From positions 62,001-126,000 of the forward strand of contig PNXW01019480.1 in NCBI GenBank assembly GCA_013265495.1: DNA of 64,000 nt, read 5' to 3'. Shown here piece after piece: positions 1-14,254 of this stretch. The number at the start of each line of letters is the position of its first letter. The stretch's first letter is position 1. Source of the stretch: Vicugna vicugna (Eukaryota). Made by a program: the position numbers and the translations under genes. The notes beneath the pieces are model-generated. The model was not told the DNA's origin, did not search any database, and worked only from the letters and a program-made list of their open reading frames with translations.

Positions 1-808
1 CCAGTTCTGGACACAGGGCTCCAGAAACTCTTACAAATTCCTCAGTGAATTCCTAGCACTAGGAGCATCTTTTGTTTTAATGAGGCAACTCTGGGTGGGC
101 TTCTGGATAGGGGCTGGTCACCAGAAAGACTAAGCCTCTGTTAGAATCTTGGTTTCTCAGCGCCATCCCCCTCCATCCTCCAGAGAGGGGAGAGGGGGTA
201 GAAATGGAGTTAATAATTGATTATGCTTACATGAGGAAGCCTTCATAAAATCCCAGTAGTATGGTATTCAGAGTGCTTCCAGGTTGGTGAACACATCCCT
301 GTACTGGAAGGGTGATGCATCCCAACTCCATGGAGACAGATGCTCCAGTGCTCAGGATCCTCCCAGACCTCACCTTCTGTATCTCTTTATCTGGCATTTC
401 ATCTGTACCCTTTATTATATCCTTTAATACACTGGTAAATATAAGTCTTTCATTGAGTTCTGTGAGCTGCTCTAGCAAATTAATCAAACCTGAAGATGGG
501 GTCATGGGAACCTCAGATTTATACCACATTGGTCAGATGCATAGGTGACAACCTGGACTTGTGATTGTCATCTGAAGTGAAGTGGGAGCAGTCTGTGGGA
601 CTGAATCCTTAACCTGTGGGATCTGACACTATCTCCAGATAGATAATGTCAGATTTGAATTGAATTGAGTTAAATTGTAGGACACCCAGCTGGTGTCACA
701 TAATTGCTTGGTGTGGGAAACCCACTCACATATCTAGTGTCAGAGTGTGAAAGTAGTGTGAGAGTGAAGGAGAACCACGAGAAAAGGACTGTTTTTTTTT
801 CCTAACAC
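1..808 (+). mobile_element. MER21-like LTR, truncated by the window start
   Basis: Matches recalled MER21 consensus blocks: gggctggtcaccagaaagac, gagttctgtgagctgctctagcaaattaatc, acctgtgggatctgacactatctccag, ggacacccagctggtgtc. Confidence 0.8.
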
Positions 809-1624
809 AGCAGTTATATCAGGTTTTGCTCCATATATTTTGAAGCTCTGTTATTAGGTACATAACCATTTATGATTGTTATATCCTCTAATTGACTAAT
901 TTATCGTTATTAAATATCCTTCTTTTTCTGTGATAATATTCTTTACCTTAAAATGTACTTTGCCTCATAAATTAAGCATCTCCAGGTTTTTCTCCACTAG
1001 AGTTAACATGGTATATCTTTATCAAACCTTTTACTTGTATTCTATTTGTGCCTTTAAAACTAAAGTATATTTCTTATAGGCAGCATATACTAGTGTCTTG
1101 CATTTTTATCCAATCTATCAATTTATTACTTTGAATTGGGGTGTTCAGACCAGTTACACTTTGTCATTATTGATATGATTTAGTTTAAGTCTATCTAGTG
1201 TTTTTCTGTTTTCTTTTTGTCTCATCTGTTCTCTTCCCTTTTCCCTCTTTTTCTGGCTTTTTTCCCATTAGTTAAATATTTTTATGATTCCATTTTATCC
1301 CCTTTGTTAACTTATTACCTGTAACTTTTTGTTATTTTAGTGATCAGTTTTGGATTCATGGCCTACATGTTTAAATTATTGAAGTCTACCTTCAAGTAAT
1401 ATTATACCACTTTGGGTATAAATAATATCAGATCCTTCAAATAGCCTGCCCATTCTTCCCTCCTGGCCTTTATTTCATTGTTGTATACATTTTATTTTTA
1501 CATATGTTATAAAACTTACAATACATTATTATTCTTTTTGTTTAAATGGTCGATTTTCTTTTAAGAAGTTTTAAATAATAAGAAAAATACTTTTATACAG
1601 TTATTCTTTTTGGATACCATTTCC

Positions 1625-2521
1625 AGAGGAAAAACACACTGCCATGTGCCTCCTCCATTCTCAATACTCTACTATAACATTACTTCACTTCTGACACCAG
1701 ATATGTGGGGGAGGGGGTCCCCCACACCAAGCAATTCTGCACCAGCTGGGTATCCTAAAATTTAACTCAATTCTGACACTAGATATCATCAAATGTCACA
1801 GGTTAAGGATTCAGTCCCACAAGACTGCCTCCCTCACTTCAGATATCAATTCCAAGTCCAAGTTGTTACCTGTGCCTCTGCCCTGCTAACTATAAATTGG
1901 AGATTTTCACAACCCTTCCCTCAGGTTTAATTAATTGGCTAGAACTGCTCACAGAACTCAGGAAAGCATTTGTTTGCTAGATTGCTTGTGTATTATAAAA
2001 GGATATCTCAGGAACATCCAGATGCAAGAGTTGCATAGGGCAAGATATGTGGGAAGGGGCACAGAGTTTTCATGCTCTCCCTGGGTACACCACTCTTCTC
2101 ACATTTCGGGATGTTCAGCAACCTGGAAGCTCTTTGAACTCATCCATTTGTGTTTTCATGGAATCTCTAATACATAGGTGTGATGAATTAAATCTTTGGC
2201 CATTGGTGACTGAACATTCCAACCCTCTAATCAAGGTAGGTTCTCCTGGCAACCAACCCCCATCCTTAGGGGCTTCCTGAAAGTCACCTCATTAACATAA
2301 TCTCAGATGTGCTTGAAAGATGTTTGTTATGAATAACAAGACACCCATTTCACCTTTATGCTCTAAAACTATTTCAGGAACTGAGGACAAAAGACCAAAT
2401 ATTGAAACAGAAGATGCCCCTATGGCTCTTATACAAGAAATTATAAGACTTTTAGAGGCTATGTGCTAGAAACAGTGGATAAAGACCAAATATATATTTC
2501 TTATTATAATAAAATATCACA
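1625..2521 (-). mobile_element. MER21-like LTR, antisense
   Basis: Reverse complement begins tgtgatattttattataataagaaatatatatttggtctt like the MER21 5' end; shares blocks with the 1-808 copy in opposite orientation. Confidence 0.8.
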
Positions 2522-2984
2522 CTATTTCTGGCCCTCTTCATTTCTTTCTGTAGATGCATATTTCCATCCAGTATCACTTTCCTTCTGTGTGAAGCACTTT
2601 CTTTAGTATTTCTTGTAGGACAAGTCTGCCAGTAATAAATTATTTCAGCTTTTGTATGTCTGAAAAATGTCTTTATTTTACCTTCACTTTTGAAAGATAT
2701 TCTTGCCTGATATGGAATTTTACCTTGACATTGTTTTTCCTTTTGGTATGTTATAGATGTTTCTCCACTGTCTTCTTGCTTGCATTGTTTCCCAGGAGAA
2801 ATCTGATGTCATCATTATCTTTATTCCCCTGTATATAGCACGCCTTTTATCTCTGAGTGCTTTTAAGATTTTCTCTTTTTTCCCTGGTTTTAAGCAATTT
2901 GATCATAATGTGCATAGGTGTAGTTTTCTTCATTTTTCTTCTGCTTGGAATTCATTTACCTTTTTGGTTCTGTGGGTTTATAGT

Positions 2985-3520
2985 TTTTCTTGAAGTATAG
3001 TTAGTTTACTATGTTGTGTCAATTTCTGGTGTACAGCATAATGTTTCAATCATACATATACATACATATATTCGTTTTCATATTCTTTTTCATTATAGGT
3101 TACTATAAGATACTGAGTATAGTTCCCTGTGCTATACAGAAGAGACTTGTTGTTAATCTATTTTATATATAGTAGTATCTGCAAATCTCAAATTCCCAAT
3201 TATCCATTCCCACCCTCTTCCCCCTCTGGTAACCATAAGTTTGTTTTCTATGTCTGTGAGTCTGTTTCTGTTTTGCAAATAAGTTCATTTGCATCTTTTT
3301 CTTTTTTAGACTCCATACGTGAGTGATATCACATGGTGTTTTTCTTTCTTTTACTGGCTTTCTTCACTTAGAATGATGATCCCCAGATCCATCCATGTTG
3401 CTGCAAACGGCATTATTTTATTCTTTTTTTAAGACTGAGTAGTATTCCATTGTATAAATATACCACAATTTCTTTATCCAGTCATCTGTCTATGGACATT
3501 TAGATTGTTTCCATGTTTTG
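2985..3520 (-). mobile_element. Young (camelid-type) L1 3' end
   Basis: T-tract followed by ttgaagtatagt...ctggtgtacagcataatgtttc...tatagttccctgtgctatacag, a motif recurring many times in the window. Confidence 0.85.
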
Positions 3521-5124
3521 GATATAGTTTTTTTTTTAATCAAATTCACAAATTTTCAGCCATTATTTCTTCAATTTTTTTTCTGTCTCCTTCACTTCTC
3601 CTCTCTTTCAGAGACTCCAATTATGCATTCATTAGCTACTTTTCCCACAGCTCACTGATACTCTGTTCATTTTTTATGATTCATTTTTCTCCCTGTGTTT
3701 CATTTTGGATAGTTTTTGCCATCAACTACATTAATCTTTTCTTCTGCAATATCCAATCTGCCATCAATTCTATCCATCACATTTTTCATCATGCAAATTT
3801 TAGTTTTCATCCCCAGAATTTCTGTTTGGGTCTTTTTCATATATTTCATGCCTCTACTTAACTTTTTGAATATATGGAATACAATTATAATGTCTATTTA
3901 AATGTCTATGTCTTCTAATTCTAGTATCTCTATCAGCTTTGGATCACTTCCAGTTGAATTTTCTCCTCAATGCAGTTTATATTTTTATGCTTTTTTTCAT
4001 TCTTTGTAATTTTTAATTGACTATTACCTAGATAATGTAGATTTTACCTTGTTCAGTGCAAAATATATTTGTATTCCTATGAATATTCTTGACATAGTTC
4101 TGGGACATTGGTAAGATATCTGGGAATAATTTGATCCTCTTTAAGTTTTGTTACAGGACTGGAGTAGTGCTCAAATCAGGCCTTATGATTCCCCAGTACT
4201 CTGAAGCTACCCTTCTGGGTACTTGACCCCATGCCTCATGAAGTTTAAAGGTTTTCAGTGTGGCTGGTGAGAACACGCATCATTTCTGGCCCTGCATTCA
4301 CCTCAGACACTGTTAGTTCTAATCCTCTTGGGTGATTATCTGGCCTTGGGTACTTTCTTCTCATGCATGTTCTGATCAGTCCTCTGCTGAATAATGAAGG
4401 GAAATTCCAGTAGACTTCTGGAGTTTTACTTCTGTGCAGTTTCTCTTCTTTAGTACTCTCTCCTGAAAATTTTAGCCACCTAGGTCTCTCTTGACACTCA
4501 ACCCCATCTTCTCAACGTAGGGAGTCCATTAGTCTTCTCAATTCTCCTTCCCTCCACCATAGCCTGGAAAATCTCTCAAGGCAATAAACTGGTGCAATCT
4601 TTGAGCTTGCCTCATTTGTTTCCATTGCTGGATCTTTGGAGATCCAGTATCTTGAAAACTGATGTATTATACAGTTTGAAGCATCTTTTGGTTCTCTCAG
4701 CTTTGAGGGTAAATCTGTTGTGTTTTACTCCATATTGTCCGCAAGCAGAAGTACTATTCTTTTTTTCTTATTGCATTTTAAATTGAGGTGTTTTACATGC
4801 AATAATATGCATGACTCTTGTGTGTACAGCTCAATTATCTATATATCTGTGTAATCACTGTCCAGATCAAGATATTAAAATATTCAAGCACTCTTAGAAG
4901 ACTCTTTCATCCTTCTCCACTACTCTGTTTTATTAGAAATTAGATAACTACCTTGTTCTTCTTTTGTTTTGACCTTTAAGAATCTTATGCTACAGTCAGG
5001 ATAAATCCATGTAATTTTATTGGTGCCACAATTAGGCTATCCATCCCTCTCTTCTAGAAGTAGTCTCACTTCAGACATTCTTTTTATTTTCTTTTTTACA
5101 AATGGCTATTACAGATCAGAATAG

Positions 5125-5662
5125 ATTTTTTTTTACTTTTTAAAAATTGAGGTATAATTGACATATAGCATTATATTAGTTTCAGGTGTACAACATAATG
5201 ATTTGATATTTGTATATATTGCAAAATGACCACCACAATAAGTCTGGTTAACATTCATCACCACACATAGTTACAAAAATTTTTTACTTATGAGGTCTTT
5301 TAAGATTTACTCTCTAAGCAACTTTCAAATATGCAATCCAGTATTACTAACTCTAGTCACCATGCTGTACATAATCTCCCCATGACTTTTTTATAACTGA
5401 AAGTTTGTATATTTTGACCCCATTCACTCATTTTACTCACCCCCTACCCTCTGCCTCTGGCAACCACCAATCTGTTCTCTGTATCTATGAGTTTAGTTTT
5501 TGTTTGTTTTGTTTTGTTTTGTTTTTAATTCCACATATGAGATCATATAATATTTGTCTTTCTCTGTCTGACTTATTTCCCTTAGCATAGTACCCACCAA
5601 AGTTCATACATGTTGTTGCAAATGGCAATATTTCCTTCTTTTTTATGACTGAATAGTAGCCC

Positions 5663-5699
<37 letters not shown>

Positions 5700-6120
5700 A
5701 TCTTCTTTATTTTATCTATTCTTCCATTGATAAACACTTAGATTTCTTGCATTCTTGGCTATCGTAAGTAATGCTCAATGAACATGGGGATGCATATATC
5801 TTTTCTACTTAGTGTTTTTGTTTTATTTGGATAAATTCCCAGAAATAGGATTTCTGGATCATATGGTAGTTCTGTTTTTAGTTTTTTGAAGCTCCCTCAT
5901 AACTTTATTGTTTGTTTTTTATTGAAGTATAGTTGATTTACAATGTTGTGTTAGTTTCTGGTGTATAGCAAAGTTATACATATATATATATTCTTTATAT
6001 ATATTCTTGTTCATATTCTTTTCCATCTCCTTCATACAGTTTTGATTGTAGCTATGCCAATCTACATTCTCATCAACAGTGAACAAGAGTTCCCTTTTTT
6101 CACATCCTTACCAACATTTT
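5125..6120 (-). mobile_element. L1MA8/9-like 3' end with internal (TG)n and a short nested L1 tail
   Basis: aattgaggtataattgacata...ctctggcaaccaccaatctgttctctg; (TG)n at ~5665-5697; second L1 tail at ~5915-6025. Confidence 0.75.
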
Positions 6121-6799
6121 TTGTCCAGCAAAACTGGGCCTAAGTATTCATGGTTTCCAAGTTTCACACCAAAACCCACCAAATCTCACTGTTATCAGTT
6201 ATTTATCATTCACATAGTAGAATTTTGATAGATACTAGCAAAAGTGAGTAATGCTAATAGAATTATGACCATGACTCCAATCAAGAAAAGTAGCATGATG
6301 CTGTAGAAAAAGTAATGGTTTCCTTCTGCTTTTTTACCCTTCCTGTCTGGATAACAAGTCAAAACCATTATTTTTAAATCAATGGCATGCTTTCTTGAGT
6401 TTATGATTTTTCTTTATCTTCCAATTACTATTTTTTCATGTTTCCCAGACCTCAGCAGACAAAAAATTAAATAACAATTAAAAGGGAACATTTCTTCGAT
6501 TCTGCTACCGCCTGGTCTTCAGAAACTTCAATCTTTGTCAAATTCCACACAAATGATTTTAAGAGAACCCACTGAGGTTTCTTTCACCCCACAGGTTTTT
6601 ATCACTTTGCTCCTCATTAGAATTACCTTGGAATTCTCTCAGGACCCCGCCCAGGGAACTGTTATGGTTTCTTTCTTTTTGCATTCTTCTTTTATTTTGG
6701 AAATGTTTTCCTAAAACTCAGTCTTTGGGTTCCTAGTACTGGGCTGGCAGACAGTGAGTGACTGAATGGGTTGTATTCATAATTCCTCTCTTCATGGTT

Positions 6800-7910
6800 T
6801 TGATATGAATTTTCCTGATGGCTAATGATGTTAAGCATCTTTTCATTTACTTACTGGCCATTTGTATATCTCCCTTAGAGGAATATTCCTTTAGATCTAC
6901 TGCCCATTTTTCAGTTGGGTTATTTGTCTTTTTATATTTGAGTTGTACAAGTTCTTTATAAATTATATCCACACATGCCTTATCAGATACAGTATTCAAA
7001 TAGGATAAACTATTTCCACATCATGTATCCTTTACAATCTAGAAGACTTTTTTTTTAATTTTGTTGCATAATTACCCTCTCTAGAACCTATAATACAATG
7101 TTGAAAAGAAGTGGTGGAAGTGTATATCCTTGCCTTATTGTTTATCTTAGGGAGAAAGCATTCAAGCTTTAATCATTAAGTATGATAATAACTGTTCCTT
7201 TTTTGTAGAAGATCTTTATACGGTTGAGGAAGTTCCATTCTATTCCTAGTTTGGCCTTTTTTTTTTAAATCATAAAGGGGTGTTAGATTTTGTCAAATGC
7301 TTTTTTGTGTGTCTGTTCATGTGGTTTTTGTCCTTTATTCTATTGATACAGTGACTTTAATAGATTTTCAGACTTTATACCAACTTTTCATTTCTAGGAT
7401 ACATTCTACTTGGTCATAATATGATCCCTTATATATGTTGTTGGGTTTGATTTGTTACTATTTTATTGAGGATTTTTGCATAAAGTTCAGTAGTTTTCTA
7501 TTCTTGTCATGCCTTTGTCTGCTTTTATTTGTAGGAAAATATTGGCTTTATAGAATTTGGAAAATATTTCTCTTCTTTTATTTTCTGTAACAATTTGTAA
7601 AGATAAGTATTGATTCTAATTAATTATTTTAAAATTTGATAGAACTTATCAGTTTCTTTATAGCGTCATTCATTTCTTCTAATTTCTTGTTGATCTTCTG
7701 TTTGTTGTTCTATACATTCCTGTAAGTAGAGTGTTAAAGTTTCCAACCGTTATTGTTGAGTTCTCCATAGCTCTTTTCAATTCTGCAACTTTATGCTCCT
7801 TTCATTTGGAGCTCTGTTTTGGGGTGCATATATATTTACAATGTTAATATCTTGTGGATGGGTATACTCTTTTATAATAAAGTTTTTATTTATAATAAAT
7901 GTTTTTTGTT
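6800..7910 (-). mobile_element. Old L1 ORF2 fragments
   Basis: Antisense ORF2-type motifs ctgatggctaatgatgttaagcatcttttcat, ggttgaggaagttccattctattcctagttt, tttgtcaaatgctttt. Confidence 0.7.
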
Positions 7911-7914
7911 TTAA

Positions 7915-9285
7915 AGTCAAAACTCAGGATATAAAGTCAACACACAAAATTAATCACATACATATGCTAATAGTGAAATTAAAAAATATATAATAGCTCC
8001 AACAGTTAAATAAAATTGAAGAAAACAATATAATTTATAACAGGTCAAAAAGGGGAAGCAATTTAACATGAAGAAAAAATAAACAGGATCTGCATCTTGA
8101 AAACTATAAAACACTGATTAAAGGAAGCTAAGAAGACCTAAAGAAATAGATTCATCTAGTGCTCATGTATTTATAGAGTCCTCTTACTAAGATGGTAATC
8201 CCCAAGTTAATCTATATATTTAGCACAATTTCAATCAAAATCACAAAATTTCAGTCAAAATTATTTTTGTGGTTATAGAAAGCTGATTACATAATTTATA
8301 AGGAAAGTCAAAGGGATTAGAATAACCAAGCCAGTTTTGAAAAAGAAGAATATATTTGGAGGATCACAGTACTTGAGATTAAGATTTACTTATCAGGACA
8401 ATATGGAATTGGTGAAGGGATAACATAGATCAGTGGAAAAGAATAGGGCATTCAGAAATAGACCAATACAAATATAGTGAATGATTTTTTTTTTACAAAG
8501 GTAAACTTAATGGAGAAATAATTGTCCTTTTAATAAATGGTGTGCATACTAAAACCACAAAGAGATTCTGCTACATACCAGTTAGAATAGCTAGCATAAA
8601 AAAAGTATAAAGAACATCTAGTGTTGGCAGGGATGTAGAGCAATTAGAACTCTCACACATTGCTGGCGGGAACACAAAATGGTACGGTCACTTTGGAAAA
8701 CATTTTGGCAGTTTCTAATAAAGTTAAAAATGCACATGTTATAACTATGAGCAATCCTATTCCTAGACATTTCTTTTGAGAAACTAAGATTTATTTTCAC
8801 ACACAAGACTGCATATGAAAGTTATAGCTGCTTAATTTGTCATCTTCAAAAGTAGAAACTATCCAAATGTTTTTCAGTTGATGAATGAATAAACAATTTG
8901 TGATACATCCATATGATGAGATAGTCTTCATAAATAAAAACTAATGAATGGTTGATATATGTATCAATTTGGATGAATCTCAAAGTTGTTAGCCTAAGTA
9001 AAATAAGCTTGTCTCAAAAGGTTACATATTCTATGCTTCCATTTATATGACATTTTAGAAAAGAAAGAACTAGATTGAAAGAGAACAGATGAGTATTTGC
9101 CCGAGTTTAGGCGTGGGGAAGACTGTGTGATGAAAACAGGATACCATGGGGCTTTGGGGGTCTTTGGAATTTTTCTGTATCCTGATTGTGGTGTGGTTAC
9201 ATGAATCTATGCATGTGTTAATACTCATAGTACTGTACATACCAAAAATTAATTTATTGTATGTAATTTCTTTAATGACAATTTT
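7915..9285 (+). mobile_element. Old L1 (L1ME/MD-like) ORF2 end and 3' UTR
   Basis: A-rich sense L1: aaaactataaaacactg, gtgttggcagggatgtagagcaattagaactctcacacattgctgg. Confidence 0.7.
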
Positions 9286-10585
9286 TAAAATTTAAGTATA
9301 ATTGTCTTACAATGTTGTATTAGTTTCTGCTGTACAGTAGAGTGATTCAGTTGTACATATACATTCTTTATCAGATTCTTTTCCATTATAGGTTATTACA
9401 AGATATTCAGTATAATTCCTTGTGTTTTATAGTAGGTCCTTGTTGTTTATCTATTTTATATATAGCAGTGTGTATGTGTTAATCCCAAACTCCCAATTTA
9501 TCCCTCCTCCCAATCCTTTTCCTCTTTGGTAACCTTGTTTTCTATGTTTGTGAGTCTATTTCTGGTTTGTAAATAAGTTCATTTGTAACTTTTTTTTAGA
9601 TTTCACATATAAAATATCATGTAATATTTGTCTTTCTCTATCTGACTTACTTCACTTAATCTGATAATCCCTAAATCCATCCATGTTGCTGCAAATGGTA
9701 TTATTTCATTATTTTTATGGTTGAGTAATATTCCATTGTATATACATACTACATCTTCTTTATCCGTTTATCTCTCAGTTGACATTTAGGTTGCTTCCCT
9801 GCCTTGCCTATTGTAAATAGTGCTGCTATGAACATTGGGGTACATGCATCTTTTCAAGTTACTGTGTTATCTGGCTATATCCCAGAAGTGGGATTCCTGG
9901 ATCATATGGAGACTCTAGTTTTAGTTTTTTAAGGAACCTCCATAGTTCTCCATAGTGGATGTACCAATTTACTCTCCTACCAACAGTGTAGGAGGGTTCC
10001 CTTTTCTCTACACCCTCTCCAGAATTATTGTTTGTGGACTTTTGAATGATGGCCATTCTGACTGGTGTGAGGTGACACCTCATTGTAGTTTTGATTTGCA
10101 TTTCTCTAATAATTAGTGGTATTGAGCATCTTTTCATGTGCCTGTTGGCCCTGTATGTTTTCTTTGGAGCAATGTCTATTTAGGTCTTCTGCCCATTTTT
10201 TGATTGGGTTGTTTGTTTTGTTATTCAGCTGTATGAGCTGTTTGTATATTTTTGGAAATTAATCCCTTGTCAGTCTCATTGTTTGCAAAAATTTTCTCCA
10301 ATTTTGTAGGTTGCCATTTCATTTTGTTTATGGTTTCCTGTGCTGTGCAAACTCTTTTAAGCTTAATCAGGTCCCATTTGCTTATTTTTGCTTTTATTTC
10401 CATTACTCTAGGAGACAGATTGAAAAAAATATCACTGCAATTTATGTCAAAGAGTGTTCTGCCTATGTTTTCCTCTAGGAGTTTAAGAGTATCTGGTCTT
10501 ACATTTAGGTCTTTAATTCATTTTGAACTTATTTTTGTATATAATGTTACAGATTGTTCTAATATCATTCTTTTACATGCAGCTG
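9285..10585 (-). mobile_element. L1 3' end (ORF2 C-terminus plus 3' UTR), 5' truncated
   Basis: ORFs 9859..10137 ([29 protein letters not shown]) and 10221..10403 (KISKWDLIKLKR) are L1 ORF2p C-terminal sequence broken by frameshifts. Confidence 0.92.
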
Positions 10586-11504
10586 AAAAAATTACAACTC
10601 TTTTTATGTACCAAGGTGAAATGAATGTCATAAAATATGGTTAAGTGAAAAAATCATGGTGCAAAATAGTTTGTATCATACGTCTGGTAAAAGTGTAAAA
10701 AATTTACATGTGTTTACTTGTATATGCATAAAATACCTTTGAACAAGTGAGAAATTCACTAGGTAGCTAGGGGCCAGGTTTAAAAAGGAGAGTTTTTATT
10801 ATATATCATTTTGTCCCTTTTTTGGTAATTAAAAATATTCTTTATATCTTTATTATAATATATGAAATAACACATGTAATACATTTGTAAATATATGATA
10901 AACATATATTTGTAAATATATGATAAAGAATGGTGTAATGAACATGTCTGAACCAGTCTCAACAAAGATAAAATTATTGATTAATTTCCTCTGGCTATGA
11001 AATCCCCCAATGCTTTTCAGCACCTACCCTAGAGGTAAATGCTATCTAGCAATCTATGTTTTTCTGTTTACATATGTATGTGCTTCTTTTTTAAAATTTA
11101 TTGAAATTGTTTATCCTCTTCCATTTTATCCCTCTACAAGTTTAAATTTATGCATTTTTCTTTATGCTGCTTTTCACTCTCACCATGTTTCTGCTCTTTT
11201 AGTGGTAACTTTTGAATATTTCTTCGACTTATTTAACTTAACAATGTCTGAAATTTAAAAAGATTTTAACCCTCCTACCAATTTAATTCTGATCTCTATC
11301 TCTTCCTGAGTTGTAAATATTTTTGTTCAGAATCTTTGAAACACCATTTTCTTCAACTCCACAGCTCAGTCCTGATTATTATGTTTGTGTATGTACCACG
11401 TTTTTTTTTTAATATTGACATACATGTTTATAATTTTATTTGCTCTTCATTCTAGAAGCTTTTTGGATTGTCCTTCTGGTATCATTTTCCAGAGCCTGTA
11501 GAAA

Positions 11505-11698
11505 AGTAGTTTTCAATCTCCTCTGTGCTTCAGAGACACTTTAAGGAGCTTTAAAAATATATGTAAATGCCTGACCTCATCCCCAAAGCTTCAGATTAGT
11601 TTTGGCTGGGATGGAGATCAGGCATTGGTATTTTAAAAAGTAGAAAGACAAAAGCTTTCCTAGTGATTCTAATGTCCACCCATAGTTGAGAACTATTG
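11505..11698. mobile_element. MER5A-like hAT-Charlie MITE
   Basis: Degenerate terminal inverted repeats agtagttttcaa...ttgagaactattg and internal gtgattctaatgt motif. Confidence 0.65.
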
Positions 11699-12366
11699 CT
11701 TTATAAGTTCTATATTTATTATGTTATTTTGTTTATTGCTTGTCTTCCTCACTAAAATGTAAGTTCCAAAAGTGCAAGGATTTCTTTGACTCCTCTGTTT
11801 ATGCATGTATTGCTACTGCCTTGAAGAACGACACAGAAGCTGACCAACAAATGTTTGCTGAGTGAATAAGAATAGGATACGAGGCAGAAGCAGAGAAAAG
11901 GAGCAGTTGTCTGGTTTGGGTTAAAGAGTGAAAGGAAGCATTAGCAAGGTTTCATGAAAGGGAGAAAATGTGAGCTGACCTTTGAAAGGTGAATATAAGC
12001 TAGCAGTGTGTTAAAGAGATTTGTGATCTTCTTGGTGCACTTTCCAAATTATAAGGAATTGTGTGAGACTTGGATTTGGGGTGGGAGAGGCTGTGTGGTG
12101 AGAGATGAGGTGAGAGAGAGAGAGACAGAATTAGACTACCAAGGCTTCTGTATATCATGGTAGGGAGTTGGGATTTCGGGAGAAACATGGAAAGTCTGAG
12201 CTAAGTGATGTTGGTGACTGAGAGAAGTGGATGAAGTCTATAAATGTTCAGTAAGCCTGTCTATAATGGCAACCCTCTCCCTCTCTCCCTCCCGCAAGTA
12301 CATTGCTATCCTACTTACCTGGTTTATTTCTATGTAGCACTTATCACCATTTAGCATGTATTTTTT

Positions 12367-12507
12367 AATCTGATCTTTTAAAATCTGATTTCTTTTTTTT
12401 AATCTGATTTTTTAATTTGATATTTTTAGTGGAAATACTGGGGATTGAACCCAGAACCTTGGGCATATAAGCACATGCTCTACCACTGAGCTATACCCTC
12501 ACCCCTC
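12367..12507 (-). mobile_element. tRNA-Ala-derived SINE (Vic-1-like)
   Basis: Reverse complement gagggtatagctcagtggtagagcatgtgctt...ctgggttcaatccccagta has A and B boxes; TSD tagcatgtatttttt at 12352-12366 and 12508-12522. Confidence 0.85.
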
Positions 12508-13741
12508 TAGCATGTATTTTTTAAAATATGTTATTATCTGTGACACAAGAATGTAAGTTCTATGAGGGAAGAAGTTTTTGTCCATTATGATCATGGTTCT
12601 ATGTTCAGGGCCTGGTGCATATTAATTGGTCAATAAATATTTGTTGCATGAAGTAATAAAGAATTTTAATGCAGAGGGCATCAAGGAATATGCTCAGGTT
12701 TCACTGTCTCTGGATTTTGGATAATCCATTGGCTATTTTTTTCCAGCTCATTTCCAAAATACAATTAATTCTTAAATGCATAAATCCCTTATTTTCTGTT
12801 TTTGGTCATTGATGACTATAATATCTTCTAAACCAACCTGTCTGTCTCTAGGTCTTCTATTTTCTGATTTGAAACATTACTATATGCTTTCTTGATTAAA
12901 ATTCACCTTTGGCTTTCTGTTTTCCTCATAATTAAACTCAAACTCCATTACATGGTATGTAAGGTCCTTCCTTGTCTGGCCTCTTCTTATATCCAGCCTC
13001 TCAACACTGCTCCTTTCACACTATACTCAAATCCATTGTCATTCATTTTTAATTTACCCATTCAATCATTTATTCAACATCAAACAAATCTCCCTTGAGC
13101 ATCCTCTAGGAGATAAGGTCTATTTTAGGTTTCTAGTATTCGCCAGTCAATGGGTTAGCCATAGTTCCTACATTGTCTTCTCTTGACCAATTATTATTGT
13201 TACATTATACTACTGTTAGTTGTTTATGTCTTCTTTTTCCCTACTGGCTGGAGGGTCTTGAAATCTAGGACTGCGTTTTACTCTTCTTCACATGGACACT
13301 GTCAGGAACAGAGCCTTGCACTGAGTGATGGTTCAAAATCTGTTGGTTGAATGGCAAAATATGAGTCAAAATGTTGAAATGAACTATAACAATACCAACA
13401 AAAGTCAGGACCTTGTGCTGGTCCTGGTCATTGCCCTGACCACATTTTGGTTATTTATTCAGTCAACAAACATTTATAATCACCCATTTTATGCTAGGCT
13501 CTAATGTGTTTAAATGGTACCTTTAACCCCTAAGCTGTGGGCTTCTAGTGCAATACCTCTGACTATAGCATAGTGTTTGGGATATGGTAGATTCTCAGCA
13601 TATACTTGTATGTCAACTAAAAATAACACCAAAAGAGGAGAACTGGGTACAGATATGGGGTCCCAAAGAACTTTCTGGAAGTAATGGCAATAGTTAACTC
13701 AATGTTGAACTTTTAACCAGAGTAAGGATTTTTTTTTTATA

Positions 13742-13822
13742 AGTTTTTTTGGGGGAGCAGATGGGTAATTAGGTTTATTTATTTAAAAAATTTTAATGGA
13801 GTTACTAGGGATTGAACCTGGA
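13742..13822 (-). mobile_element. Partial Vic-1-like SINE (tail and B box)
   Basis: ggtaattaggtttatttattt...gggattgaacc, shared with other copies in the window. Confidence 0.65.
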
Positions 13823-14254
13823 TTATTATTATTGAAACTTTTTGTCAGTTGTCAATTTCTTCATTTTCCTGGGGACTATACAAGTATACAAGAGTGTTTT
13901 CTAAATAAGCTCACCTTTGCTTATTTGGAAATTTGAGTATGGCAGGTAACTCTCTGGATACCATTCCAAGATAAAAGTGATTCACATTTAGGATTTTTAA
14001 AAAAAATCTTGAAATCTAAGTATGCCACTAGTAAAAACGAACTTTAAAAAAATTCCAGAAAACAGTAAATCAGTGTGGTAAATATATAACTGTAGGCATC
14101 CTAGACTTAAGAGGCTAAGGGTAAGGGGGATATTTGAAAGTCTGAATCATCAAGGCTTGGTGACAAACTGGATACTTAGGGTTTGACAAAGATGCTGCAG
14201 TTCCTGGGATGACTAGAGCTAGAATTTGTAAAAAGTTAACTGATTCCCTCTTCC

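Larger units (their letters stand above)
810..4750 (-). mobile_element. Old L1 (L1MC/MD-like), fragmented by younger insertions at ~1625-2521 and ~2985-3520
   Basis: T-rich antisense L1 ORF1/ORF2-type sequence, e.g. tcagcttttgtatgtctgaaaaatgtctttatttt and gagaaatctgatgtc; continues across both nested insertions. Confidence 0.7.

Noticed and set aside
10880..10927. Short ~25-bp tandem repeat (atttgtaaatatatgataaa twice)
   Set aside because: Ordinary slippage duplication in AT-rich sequence with no sign of function.
12430..12505. tRNA-Ala genes (also ~30800, ~43260, ~61610)
   Set aside because: They have SINE tails, flanking direct repeats and stem-disrupting substitutions; these are SINE copies, not tRNA genes.
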